Numbered from the stretch's first letter, positions 27,138-35,802 are shown. The stretch: 64,000 nucleotides of DNA from an uncultured Candidatus Saccharibacteria bacterium (GCA_964355645.1 CAYHDI010000001.1:28778-92777); one strand, 5' to 3'. Program-made: numbers and translations. Notes: generated from the letters alone by a model not told the origin.

Positions 27138-27461
27138 GTGCAAAAATTATATCAGGAATTATACATAATCGCCGAACAAATTCCGAAGCGAGATAAGCTT
27201 GGCCTACATGCCGAGATTGAGAAAACTTGTATCAAAACACTCTCACTCTGTATTCAGGCATCACTGGCTTCTAAAGGTGACAAATTTTCTTTAATTCGTG
27301 ATATAAGAGTATTAATAGAAACAATGAAATACCTTATTCGCGTTTCTCATGAACTTTTAATCATTAATCAGAAAAAATATATTTCTTTGGAATCAAAACT
27401 GCAGGAAATTTCTAAGATGGCTAACGGGTGGGAGAGATATGCAACAAACAATCCCGCTTAA
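27072..27461 (+). CDS. avd: Avd-like accessory variability determinant (four-helix-bundle, TIGR02436-like), antisense to RT; possibly starts at GTG 27112
   Basis: IPKRDKLGL...KY...L.EI.KM.NGW pattern of Avd/four-helix-bundle family; (C)11 tract 27094-27104 in N-terminal codons. Confidence 0.7.
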   Translation: MENTSIKTPPPNGILVAPIIVHVQKLYQELYIIAEQIPKRDKLGLHAEIEKTCIKTLSLCIQASLASKGDKFSLIRDIRVLIETMKYLIRVSHELLIINQKKYISLESKLQEISKMANGWERYATNNPA

Positions 27462-27482
27462 GCGGGATTGTTGTAAAACTTC

Positions 27483-27590
27483 GGGAACCGAGGTTCGAAT
27501 TGCGATTCGTCGGAGCGTACCAGTTCACGTTCGACTTGTCGTCGTTCCAGTTCGCGTTCGGCACGTTGCCATTCGAATTGCGAGAACCTC
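27483..27590 (-). repeat. DGR1 template repeat (TR)
   Basis: 108-nt match to VR 27833-27940; ~17 of 18 differences at TR adenines (minus strand); TR ORF is Asn-rich. Confidence 0.85.
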
Positions 27591-27763
27591 CGTTGCTCTC
27601 CTCCGTCCGTATCACCGAAAGACGTTTGCCTTTCTGCGTTTATGAATTTCTCGCGGTACTCTCGAGCGTTGTGTTGAAGAAAGCAAGCAGTTTTGTTTTA
27701 TTGCGATAAATTGTTATTCAAAAGAATCAATTAAACAATCGCGTAAATATTATATATGAAAAT

Positions 27764-27790
27764 CCGCCAAGCACACGAGGTGCTTGGCGG
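27764..27790 (-). promoter_or_regulatory. GC hairpin CCGCCAAGCAC-ACGAG-GTGCTTGGCGG ~30 nt 3' of VR1, preceded by conserved TTATATGAAAATC; DGR homing-associated stem-loop candidate
   Basis: perfect 11-bp stem; equivalent motif+hairpin at DGR2. Confidence 0.6.
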
Positions 27791-27816
27791 AGGGTTAAAG
27801 AGAAAAGATGCAAGGT

Positions 27817-28524
27817 TTAGACACAAACCCTGCGGGAACCGAGGTGCGAATCGCGACTCGTCGGAGCGTACCAGCCCACGCCCGACTTGCCGCCGCCCCC
27901 GTACGCGCCCGGCACGTCGCCACTCGAATCGCGAGAACCTGAATTGAGTGTCCAGGTCTGGCGGTCGGGATGGTGGCCGTGCTTCAGGAAATACATCGCC
28001 GAGAACAGCGCGTACTCGAGATGAGTCGATGTCTTGATGCCCATCTCGGCGATTTGGTTCGCCGATTTGTTCATCAGATTCTCGTCCGGGGTTTCCGAGT
28101 CGAGCATCAGCACGACGTACGAATCATTCCCGGGATTGCGCTCGTCCTTGTGGGTCGGAATGGCAAGATCGAGGGAGTCGCTCGTGTACTTCCAACACGG
28201 GAAGAGTTTCTTCCGAGCTTGGAACACGTCCTCCTTCGGTTCGCCATTCGTCCACTCGACGAGCTCGCGCATCATGGGTACCGCGAGGTACTGCCGAGCA
28301 TCCGGGGCCCGCGGGATGAAAAGGTTCGAGAAGTCCAGGGCCTTGCCGAAGAGCTTTTCGTACAACACCGACATGAACGAAACGTCGATGTTGCTGTCAA
28401 CCACTTGCGTGGCGACAGCAACCTTCTTCACCAGAGCGTCCCGAAGACGCCGAGCGAGAAGCGAAGGATTGCTGATGTAGCGCTGTTGCTCCTTCGTTGT
28501 GAGAAGTGGCAACTGCGCGAGCAC
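27817..28524 (-). CDS. DGR1 target (variable) protein; VR at 27833-27940 encodes C-terminal CLec-like NSGSRDSSGDVPGAYGGGGKSGVGWYAPTSRDSHLGSRRV
   Basis: VR/TR pairing; GC-rich gene; no signal peptide evident. Confidence 0.8.
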   Translation of the reverse strand: MLAQLPLLTTKEQQRYISNPSLLARRLRDALVKKVAVATQVVDSNIDVSFMSVLYEKLFGKALDFSNLFIPRAPDARQYLAVPMMRELVEWTNGEPKEDVFQARKKLFPCWKYTSDSLDLAIPTHKDERNPGNDSYVVLMLDSETPDENLMNKSANQIAEMGIKTSTHLEYALFSAMYFLKHGHHPDRQTWTLNSGSRDSSGDVPGAYGGGGKSGVGWYAPTSRDSHLGSRRVCV

Positions 28525-28717
28525 AGCACCCCCCGAAGGTGAGCGTCTGCTTGTGGAGCTCGGGCGTGAATGGAGCTTTCCCAGCGCGTGGCATGGTTTC
28601 TTCTCCTCGTTGTAGATGTTCAGACAGAAGCTCAGGTGCTTCTTTGTCTAAGTCTGATTATATCACACTCTATTATAAAAAGCAAGTTTCCAAATGGTTC
28701 ACCACCTTGGAACCAAT

Positions 28718-29449
28718 TTATGGCTTAAAATCTATCTTTTTAAAGGCTTCTAGGAAATCCTCTGGGAAATTGGCCAACACTCGGTGTTGACCACCTTTAG
28801 TATCTACGAACACTACCTCTCGAGCATGAAGGGCAAGACGCTTGAATCCGAGCATCATGGGTTTAGTCGAGGCATAGAGTTTGTCTCCTATCACTGGTCG
28901 TTGAAGAGATTGAAAATGCACCCGAATTTGATGCGTGCGGCCAGTCTTCGGCTTGGCTTCCACAAGAGTTATCCCTTCTGCCCGTTTGAGCACTCTAAAG
29001 TATGTGACCGCATCTCTCATCTCCCCCGTGGCTCCTCGACCAGCAGAATATTTGCGAAAATCGCTCGGGCTCTTGCCTATCGGCATGCTGAGTGTCCCAT
29101 GGTTTTCTTTCATGTTGCCGTACACAAATGCATAGTAAGTTTTTTGAATTTTTCTATCAAGAAATTGCTTTTTTAGACACTCGAAACCTTTTTGAGTTTT
29201 CGCCAGGAGAAGAACACCAGAAGTATCTCGGTCCAGACGATGCACAATCCCACTTCGATCAATAATCTCCCCACCCTCAAGTCGAATCATTTCTCCCACA
29301 TTCTTCGCTTCAGGATATTTTTCTACGAGCCATTCCGAAACAGATGGCTCCTTGGTCCGTCCATCACTATGCACCACAATCCCCGCCGGTTTGTTCAGTG
29401 CGAGAATATCTTCGTCTTCATAAATAATGTTGGGTGTGAGATCGGTCAT
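28718..29449 (-). CDS. RluA-family pseudouridine synthase; contains in-frame palindrome at 28771-28790
   Basis: HRLDRDTSGVLLLAK catalytic motif. Confidence 0.88.
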   Translation of the reverse strand: MTDLTPNIIYEDEDILALNKPAGIVVHSDGRTKEPSVSEWLVEKYPEAKNVGEMIRLEGGEIIDRSGIVHRLDRDTSGVLLLAKTQKGFECLKKQFLDRKIQKTYYAFVYGNMKENHGTLSMPIGKSPSDFRKYSAGRGATGEMRDAVTYFRVLKRAEGITLVEAKPKTGRTHQIRVHFQSLQRPVIGDKLYASTKPMMLGFKRLALHAREVVFVDTKGGQHRVLANFPEDFLEAFKKIDFKP

Positions 29450-30117
29450 TTGTTTCCAAGAATAATATCACCAATTCTTTCAATCCATCCTTTGATGGTT
29501 AAAAACAACTTGGTGTCCTGTATTGAAATATCAATCGTACCGAAGGGTAAGGTTTTCCTTTTTTGTGAGCTTGCACTACTTGGTTTTATATAAGTTTTAT
29601 AAAATTGTTTCTTTGGTATACCAGATATTTGTGACCAATACTTTTCAATTTTGTTTATATCAGCACCTTCAAAAGTGTGTATATGGGCATGAAATTTCTC
29701 TTCAGAGACCCGACATATCTCCCTAAAAAATCTCATCATTACTTTTATAATTCTTGGATCACTATTCGCTAAGCTAACAGACCAATTGCCCGCTTTTCTT
29801 CCCTCTCCCCAATATATCATTGCTCCTACAAGTTTGAGTTCTTTTTTTGATATAGTCAAAAAATCCTCTTTGGCTAAATTGATTATCACTTGTCTTTTTT
29901 TGTTTTCATTAATGACCCGACTGGTTCGGCGTCGTTCTATAGATTCCATACTTCTTCCTCTTTCAGAAATTGTGTTCCTTTGAATGTCTGTGAGCAAAAT
30001 ATCCCGCGTCCAAAAACTAACACTGGCTTTTGAATAACCGGTCTCCTTTACAATTTGATTCATTGATTTACCTTGTTTACGCAAGGCTCTCGCTCGCTCC
30101 CTTTCTTTTATTTTCAT
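29446..30117 (-). CDS. HTH-domain protein with possible degenerate LAGLIDADG-like core, adjacent to tRNA cluster
   Basis: N-terminal HTH (ALRKQGKSMNQIVKETGYSKASV); LVGAMIYWGEGRK weakly LAGLIDADG-like; layout similar to 47124-47966. Confidence 0.35.
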   Translation of the reverse strand: MKIKERERARALRKQGKSMNQIVKETGYSKASVSFWTRDILLTDIQRNTISERGRSMESIERRRTSRVINENKKRQVIINLAKEDFLTISKKELKLVGAMIYWGEGRKAGNWSVSLANSDPRIIKVMMRFFREICRVSEEKFHAHIHTFEGADINKIEKYWSQISGIPKKQFYKTYIKPSSASSQKRKTLPFGTIDISIQDTKLFLTIKGWIERIGDIILGNK

Positions 30118-30197
30118 AAGTAGAGTATAACATACATAATAGAGATACTCCAGTCCAAACTTGAGATTTACCTGATTTAGTGTATAAATTAGGTGGC

Positions 30198-30273
30198 GCG
30201 GGATTAGCTCAGTTGGTAGAGCAGTCGCTTTACACGCGGATGGTCACAGGTTCGAGTCCTGTATCCCGCACCA
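30198..30273 (+). tRNA. tRNA-Val (anticodon TAC), CCA encoded
   Basis: manual cloverleaf; acceptor GCGGGAT/ATCCCGC; loop TTTACAC. Confidence 0.85.
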
Positions 30274-30281
30274 AACCAAGT

Positions 30282-30365
30282 GCCGAGGTGGTGAAATCGG
30301 TAGACACGCAGCGTTCAGAACGCTGTCACCGCAAGGTGGTAGGAGTTCAAGTCTCCTCCTCGGCA
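30282..30365 (+). tRNA. tRNA-Leu (anticodon CAG), long variable arm
   Basis: acceptor GCCGAGG/CCTCGGC; anticodon loop TTCAGAA. Confidence 0.8.
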
Positions 30366-30390
30366 CAAAAATGTGTTAATTTGAATGCAC

Positions 30391-30462
30391 GTCCTCGTAG
30401 CTTAATGGATAAAGCAGTGCTCTTCTAAGGCATTGATGCAGGTTCGATTCCTGCCGAGGACA
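30391..30462 (+). tRNA. tRNA-Arg (anticodon TCT)
   Basis: acceptor GTCCTCG/CGAGGAC; loop CTTCTAA; T-loop TTCGATT. Confidence 0.8.
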
Positions 30463-30575
30463 CAAAATTAAAAAATGCCGACTTTGGTTGGAGTTTTTTA
30501 ATTATTTTGAACAAAAAATAAGTCTGTGCTAGGGTTAATTTAGGCGAAACAGATCACACCAACCTTGAGGACAAG

Positions 30576-30914
30576 ATGTGCTCACCAATGACAGCATGGC
30601 ATTACGCCATTATCCGAATGGCATTCGCTGTTGCGGTTAACAGGGTGTTCCCGAACATCAGACTGGATGAGACAAAAATTGGGGTCAAATGGAGTGAGCG
30701 TGGAGACGTCAGCTTCCAAGTTAGCGCCGACCACACTGATGGTCGTACTTTTCAAGGAGAAGTTCGCCCCCAATGGATACAAGATTACAGTCGTTGGTGT
30801 CTTGTTGAACTGAGAGGGCATCAAATACCTGTAACAGGCAGAATTCAAGGTGAGAAGCCTGGTGAAGTATGGTATGTCGGATATGAATATTCCAAAATGA
30901 CCCAAAGCGCCTAG
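30576..30914 (+). CDS. hypothetical protein (112 aa), moderately GC-rich
   Basis: ORF followed by terminator AAAGCGCCTAGGCGCTTTTT (30904-30930). Confidence 0.4.
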   Translation: MCSPMTAWHYAIIRMAFAVAVNRVFPNIRLDETKIGVKWSERGDVSFQVSADHTDGRTFQGEVRPQWIQDYSRWCLVELRGHQIPVTGRIQGEKPGEVWYVGYEYSKMTQSA

Positions 30915-30940
30915 GCGCTTTTTCTTTTTTTTAAAAATAA

Positions 30941-31267
30941 TTATTTCACTTTCAATCCAACGGGTACATCGTCTGCGACTCGGAGAAGAGAGAAAACTTC
31001 ATCGTTAGAGACAGCGAGAATCATCGCTTCGCTTGTAAGACCCATGAGGGCGCGGGGTTCGAGATTCGTGGCAAACGCACATTTCACTCCAACTATCGCT
31101 TCGGGTTCAGGGAAATACTTTCTAATACCAGAAACGACTGTACGGGGCTTCTCTTCGCCAAAGTTCACCGTAAGTTTAAAGAGCTTGTCGCTTCCTTCGA
31201 TGATTTCCGCAGACACAATTTCACCTACACTTATTTCTCCTTTTTTGAATTCATCTATAGTTATCAT
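30941..31267 (-). CDS. stand-alone tRNA-binding domain protein (CsaA/Trbp111/MetRS-C-terminal-like)
   Basis: OB-fold pattern VGEIVSAE...KL.KL.VNFGEE..R.VVSGI. Confidence 0.75.
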   Translation of the reverse strand: MITIDEFKKGEISVGEIVSAEIIEGSDKLFKLTVNFGEEKPRTVVSGIRKYFPEPEAIVGVKCAFATNLEPRALMGLTSEAMILAVSNDEVFSLLRVADDVPVGLKVK

Positions 31268-31297
31268 TTCAATATTATATCAGAAGCAAAGTAATTG

Positions 31298-31371
31298 GTT
31301 TTCGTGCCTCGCGCAGGCCGACGGGCCGAGCGGAACAAATTTCCAGCAAGAAATTATGTGTGCTAAGAAAA
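31298..31371. repeat. 74-nt conserved element, copy 2
   Basis: 93% identity to 25566-25639. Confidence 0.85.
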
Positions 31372-31752
31372 TCAATTATTTTGCGAGTCTAAATAGCTTT
31401 TAAGTATCAAAGCGGCTGCGCTTGCATCATTCATCGCGGTTTTGCCTTGAATCTGTTGGGCTTCCATCGAGGTATAAACTTCCGAATGAAAGACTACTTC
31501 TAGTCCATCTTCGCCGAGAGCATCGGCGAACTTCACAATGTCCTCCATGATTGGGTTCATCTTACCTTTTAAATTTTTCGACTCCCCTATTACTACTTTC
31601 TCTATTTTATTTTCTTCAATAAAGTCCAAAACAGTTCTCAATAAATTTTCATCATTCGGCAGAACCATTCTCGGCAAGGCAAACTCCCCCGCTTCGTCGG
31701 TCGAGGCGATTCCCACCCTCTTGGAACCAAAATCTATGGCTATTAACTTCAT
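31372..31752 (-). CDS. ruvX: Holliday junction resolvase-like YqgF/RuvX
   Basis: MKLIAIDFGSKRVGIASTD N-terminal signature; start at MKLIAIDFG. Confidence 0.85.
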   Translation of the reverse strand: MKLIAIDFGSKRVGIASTDEAGEFALPRMVLPNDENLLRTVLDFIEENKIEKVVIGESKNLKGKMNPIMEDIVKFADALGEDGLEVVFHSEVYTSMEAQQIQGKTAMNDASAAALILKSYLDSQNN

Positions 31753-31777
31753 AAGGGCATTATAGTATAATAATCGC

Positions 31778-32008
31778 ATGACAAACATAACAACCATGAT
31801 TGAGTGGTTCAACACTCATCCAACCCTTGTATTCGCTTTAGTAATTTGGTCTCTTATTTGGAAAGGTCTCGCTCTCTGGAAATCCGCCGAACTTAGACAG
31901 AAGTATTGGTTCATCGCTCTACTTGTTCTCAACACTTTCGGTATCCTCGAAATCATTTACATCTTCCTCATCGCCCGCCGATACAAAGTCGAAGTGGTTG
32001 AGAATTAG
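31778..32008 (+). CDS. small membrane protein (2 TM), hypothetical
   Basis: ORF only. Confidence 0.45.
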   Translation: MTNITTMIEWFNTHPTLVFALVIWSLIWKGLALWKSAELRQKYWFIALLVLNTFGILEIIYIFLIARRYKVEVVEN

Positions 32009-32057
32009 GTTTGAACTGAAGGTAAAATTCTGGCACATTTTGTGGTATACTGGATGA

Positions 32058-32519
32058 GTGACTGAGGAATACAAAAGACATCCAAATACTAAATGCTGTA
32101 TTTGTGGAAAGAGTATTTATAAGAGGCCATCAATAATTAAAGCCAACAAAGGCTTGGTATTTTGTAGCCAAAAGTGCTATGGATTTTCGTGTCGTAAGGA
32201 AATACCTTGTATTGTCTGTGGAAAAGCAATCTTGGCCGGACTTAACAAAAAAACCTGCAGTAGGAAATGTTCAAATATTTACAGAACTGGAATTAAATAC
32301 AAAATTGGTAGACCAAATGACAAAGCTGAAAAAGCTAGACATTTAAAAATAAAATTGCTTAGGGAAAGAGGAGAGAAATGTGAAAGGTGCGGTTATTCAA
32401 AGGGCAAAATATTGCAAATTCATCACAAAAATTGTGACAGAAATGATAATCATTTAGATAATCTAGAGATTGTTTGTCCAAACTGTCATTATGAGGAACA
32501 TTATTTAGAAAAAAGTTAA
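32058..32519 (+). CDS. HNH endonuclease with N-terminal Cys-rich zinc ribbons
   Basis: C-terminal HHKNCDRNDNHLDNLEIVCPNCH HNH motif. Confidence 0.8.
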   Translation: MTEEYKRHPNTKCCICGKSIYKRPSIIKANKGLVFCSQKCYGFSCRKEIPCIVCGKAILAGLNKKTCSRKCSNIYRTGIKYKIGRPNDKAEKARHLKIKLLRERGEKCERCGYSKGKILQIHHKNCDRNDNHLDNLEIVCPNCHYEEHYLEKS

Positions 32520-32565
32520 TCAAACAAATAAGTGCCAAAATAAGAGCATTCTGGTATTATCGTTA

Positions 32566-32656
32566 ACAAGGAGGAGTCGCATAGAGGCCTAGTGCGGTAG
32601 TCTTGAAAACTACTATACCGAAAGGTATCGTGAGTTCGAATCTCACCTCCTCCGCC
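32566..32656 (+). tRNA. tRNA-Ser (anticodon TGA), long variable arm, CCA encoded
   Basis: acceptor GGAGGAG/CTCCTCC; loop CTTGAAA. Confidence 0.85.
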
Positions 32657-32731
32657 AAGTTTAACACTCAGTTAATGTGTTCTTTTAATTCTATGTCTTC
32701 TTTTTTCTTATCAAATTTAACAATAAAGATA

Positions 32732-33022
32732 TCAAAAAAAACCTTTTTGTCCCAAAACTCCATATCCCATTTTTGAGATTTTTGGCATAAAGCCCACTTC
32801 CATATCATAATTCCATCCACCAACATTTAGTTTAACCTTATGAAGAAAATATTCCCCTTCTACCCCATCTACTATTCCAAATGTCGTTCTTTTTATTCCA
32901 GTAGTAATATCTTTTATCCCTATTAGCTTAGCTATTTCTGCTTGAAAAATACATTCATCTGCCCCCGAATCAAGCAAAGCAAAATACCCAATTGGGTTAT
33001 TATTCTCATAAGAAACTTTCAC
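32732..33022 (-). CDS. retropepsin-like (clan AA) aspartic protease
   Basis: ALLDSGAD active-site motif. Confidence 0.7.
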   Translation of the reverse strand: MKVSYENNNPIGYFALLDSGADECIFQAEIAKLIGIKDITTGIKRTTFGIVDGVEGEYFLHKVKLNVGGWNYDMEVGFMPKISKMGYGVLGQKGFF

Positions 33023-33087
33023 GGGGATAATTGGTCTTAAAGTTTTTTAGTCAACTTTTATATAAGGAAATTTCATTTCCTTTTTAA

Positions 33088-33303
33088 TTACCCAATATAT
33101 GTAACAACAGCTTTTGGTATTTTATTCAAAAACACATCTTTGTGACCTTTTTTGTTTGCTGATTCCAAAGCTGATTTAGCACTTTTACCAAAACCAACAA
33201 CTGTGAGCTGATCGCCTAAAATGGCCACCCACATACCTTTGTATTTCTTATACATTTTAGACCAATCTTTTTTCATAGAATTTATAACACCCATAATAAC
33301 CAA
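33088..33303 (-). CDS. small hypothetical protein paired with retropepsin gene
   Basis: ORF only. Confidence 0.4.
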   Translation of the reverse strand: MVIMGVINSMKKDWSKMYKKYKGMWVAILGDQLTVVGFGKSAKSALESANKKGHKDVFLNKIPKAVVTYIG

Positions 33304-33341
33304 AAATTAGTAATCTTTCAATCTTTTATTTTTAACCGTAA

Positions 33342-33737
33342 TTACCCCTTAAACTCAATCTCGAATCTATACATACCCATTCCGCAGGAGCCGAGGATGG
33401 TTGAGGCTTGTGGGCTACCCAAATCAATATTCGTGGCACCAGTTTGAGGAAGTAATTTCGAGATATTCATACTCGGGATTCGCACAGATGAAGAACAATC
33501 GAACGAGCCGTTGGTATCAAATTCAATGACCGTAGGAATACCCGCTTTGGCCACACTTCTGCGGGGCTGATATCCTCCTCGGGCTTGAATCTTTATAATT
33601 TGCTTGCCGTCTACAATACTTACGTTGTTTGCATTAACTTGGCCAACCGCAGACGATGTTCCACCTCGATTAACCATGAAGATTGCTCCGACGATAATCA
33701 CTCCGGCGATAATGATTGAGATGACTGTGCCTTTCAT
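33342..33737 (-). CDS. membrane-anchored protein with Cys/Met motif (CGMGM), possible metal-binding; first gene after copper cluster
   Basis: N-terminal TM; weak cupredoxin-like features only. Confidence 0.4.
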   Translation of the reverse strand: MKGTVISIIIAGVIIVGAIFMVNRGGTSSAVGQVNANNVSIVDGKQIIKIQARGGYQPRRSVAKAGIPTVIEFDTNGSFDCSSSVRIPSMNISKLLPQTGATNIDLGSPQASTILGSCGMGMYRFEIEFKG

Positions 33738-33749
33738 AGAGGTATTGTA

Positions 33750-34790
33750 CTAAAAATTAAAAATTGGCGGTAATATCCCAGCGATAACTAAACTATTAAT
33801 AATATTAAACAAAGCGAAAATTATCACAATCAGTCCGGCTGATTTAAAGAAAATACCAGATTTAGAATTATTTTTAATACTAAACGAGCTGAAGCTAATC
33901 AAAGCAAGGATCGGCAAGGTCCCAAGCGCGAACGAAAGCATGGTCAAACCACCTTTCAAAAAACTTCCGGTAGTGAGTGTAAACAACTGCATTGATTGAG
34001 TAAATCCGCATGGCAGAAAGAAAGTGGCGACTCCCACAAGCATTGGGGTAAGGGTGTGATTTAATTTAGAAACCCCGTGCGCATGTCGAGCAATAAACTT
34101 CGGCATGGATGGCTGAAATTTCTTCGCCCAAGGAAAAACGTCCAAGAGATTCAATCCTAAAACAAGCATCACCAACCCAATAATTAAACCCAAGATAAAT
34201 GAAGCAGAAGTGCTCAGAGTAAATGCTGAACCCAAAGCTCCTATGATACCCCCAAGGACAAAAAATGAAACGATTCTCCCACCGTGGAACATGAGCTGAG
34301 GCTTCACTCGATCCCCTTCCTTCGCAAAGGTGGCGGACATGGAGAGAAGCAATCCCCCAACCACAGCTGCACATGAAGAAAGTGAGGCTATAATTCCAAT
34401 CACAAACGCTGTCCCATAATTCACATCACTGACCTTCACCAAATTTATTAAACCAAGTCTTTGCAAGAGAACAAACAGAATTACAAAACCCAGAGCAATC
34501 GGTAAAGCCATTTTTAAATCTCTCCATTTCGCTTGATGTTTAATTTTTTCTACTGAAATGGTATAGCCGTGTTTGATTGTTGTTTGAGTAAGCTCGTTTG
34601 TGATTTGTTCTGGGGTTTTATTTCCGAAATCCCCCACAATTTCAATTTGATGATTTTTGAGACTCGGTTTGATAGAAGAAAGATTCGACAATTCCTTTAA
34701 TTCACTTTCAATCACAAATTCACACGCCTTGCAGTGCATACCCTGAACATGAAAGGTGTATGTTTTATTGGGTTTAGTCACAAAGACCAT
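33750..34790 (-). CDS. heavy-metal-associated (HMA, GMHCKAC) domain fused to multi-TM permease (TauE/SafE- or DsbD-TM-like)
   Basis: MxCxxC motif and ~8 TM segments. Confidence 0.65.
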   Translation of the reverse strand: MVFVTKPNKTYTFHVQGMHCKACEFVIESELKELSNLSSIKPSLKNHQIEIVGDFGNKTPEQITNELTQTTIKHGYTISVEKIKHQAKWRDLKMALPIALGFVILFVLLQRLGLINLVKVSDVNYGTAFVIGIIASLSSCAAVVGGLLLSMSATFAKEGDRVKPQLMFHGGRIVSFFVLGGIIGALGSAFTLSTSASFILGLIIGLVMLVLGLNLLDVFPWAKKFQPSMPKFIARHAHGVSKLNHTLTPMLVGVATFFLPCGFTQSMQLFTLTTGSFLKGGLTMLSFALGTLPILALISFSSFSIKNNSKSGIFFKSAGLIVIIFALFNIINSLVIAGILPPIFNF

Positions 34791-34845
34791 CCTAGCACAA
34801 AACCCTTTCTAGCTTAATTTTCTCCAAACAAACCAATGATAATAA

Positions 34846-35790
34846 TTATATTCCACACCCGCTTTGCTGTCTTGGGGCAGGAGCAACAGCGGACGTATCC
34901 GTATCAACCCCGCATCCACCAGCGTTTTGTGGACTACTCGGCAAAGTAACTTGCGAAGCAATCCTCGCGTATCCTTGCGCGCTAGAATAATTTGCCCCTA
35001 GTATCTCTTGCGGATTTACATTTTCCCACTTAACTCCTTTGACCGACTTCATGTATGTCGCAATGGTCATATATGTATTCGGGAACCAGTATGAATTCAC
35101 AACCAAAGCAGTTTTCCACATCTCTTGTTCACTTGCTCCTTGTGAGGCCATGAGTTCAAGCAGACCGAGCATGGCCATCCCATGATTACAATCCGGAAAG
35201 TGCGTAGAATTTCCGCAACACGGCCTATAAATTCCCCGCGAAACCTTATCCACAAGTGCTTGTTGTTCTATCGTCAGATTAAAGAACTTGTGTTTACTAT
35301 AATGATTCATCGGATTACCTTGAGCCATGGTCCATCCGCCTGTTGAGGCGAAGTTTTGAGCCCCCCCATATCTTGGGTCCATCATTTCTCCTTCTTCTAA
35401 AATGGGATTTTTGTTTGCCAACCCAAGAGCCCAAAATAGATTGAGCAAATAACCTGAATTTTCTTTTGTAATTTTTAATTTACCCGTATTGTTTCCTTCG
35501 AGTAATCTTGAATATTCTTGAGTAAATTTTCCACGATTTTCATAAATCGATTTGAATTTGGCTTCATCAACGGCTCCGCTTTGCACAAGTTGCGACCCCA
35601 AATCCCCCCACGAAACCGGCAATTCTACACCGGCTGTAGGCAAAACGGTTTGTTCGAGAACAGAGACTGGCAAAGACACCTCTTTCGCATCACTTTGAAC
35701 ATTTTTTGAACTATAAAAGATACTTCCAGAGAGAAGAACCCCAGCGACAACAATGGCCATCGGAATAGTGTATGTGTTTTCGTTTTTCAT
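34846..35790 (-). CDS. secreted hypothetical protein (314 aa)
   Basis: signal peptide/TM at N-terminus; no motif recognised. Confidence 0.45.
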   Translation of the reverse strand: MKNENTYTIPMAIVVAGVLLSGSIFYSSKNVQSDAKEVSLPVSVLEQTVLPTAGVELPVSWGDLGSQLVQSGAVDEAKFKSIYENRGKFTQEYSRLLEGNNTGKLKITKENSGYLLNLFWALGLANKNPILEEGEMMDPRYGGAQNFASTGGWTMAQGNPMNHYSKHKFFNLTIEQQALVDKVSRGIYRPCCGNSTHFPDCNHGMAMLGLLELMASQGASEQEMWKTALVVNSYWFPNTYMTIATYMKSVKGVKWENVNPQEILGANYSSAQGYARIASQVTLPSSPQNAGGCGVDTDTSAVAPAPRQQSGCGI

Positions 35791-35802
35791 TTTTGCTTTT
35801 AA

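Larger units (their letters stand above)
26064..28524 (-). mobile_element. diversity-generating retroelement DGR1 (target-VR, hairpin, TR, antisense avd, RT)
   Basis: components listed individually below. Confidence 0.85.

Noticed and set aside
26064-27143. RT as a group II intron or retron
   Set aside because: No maturase or endonuclease domains, and the 5' and 3' intron RNA structures typical of group II introns were not recognised by eye. IGxxxSQ motif, adjacent TR/VR pair and Avd-like gene indicate a DGR.
27970-28790. Plus-strand ORFs 27970-28542, 28034-28480, 28397-28594(-), 28506-28790 overlapping the DGR1 target gene
   Set aside because: Antisense or alternative-frame ORFs typical of a GC-rich segment; the minus-strand frame carries the VR and the CLec-like C-terminus.
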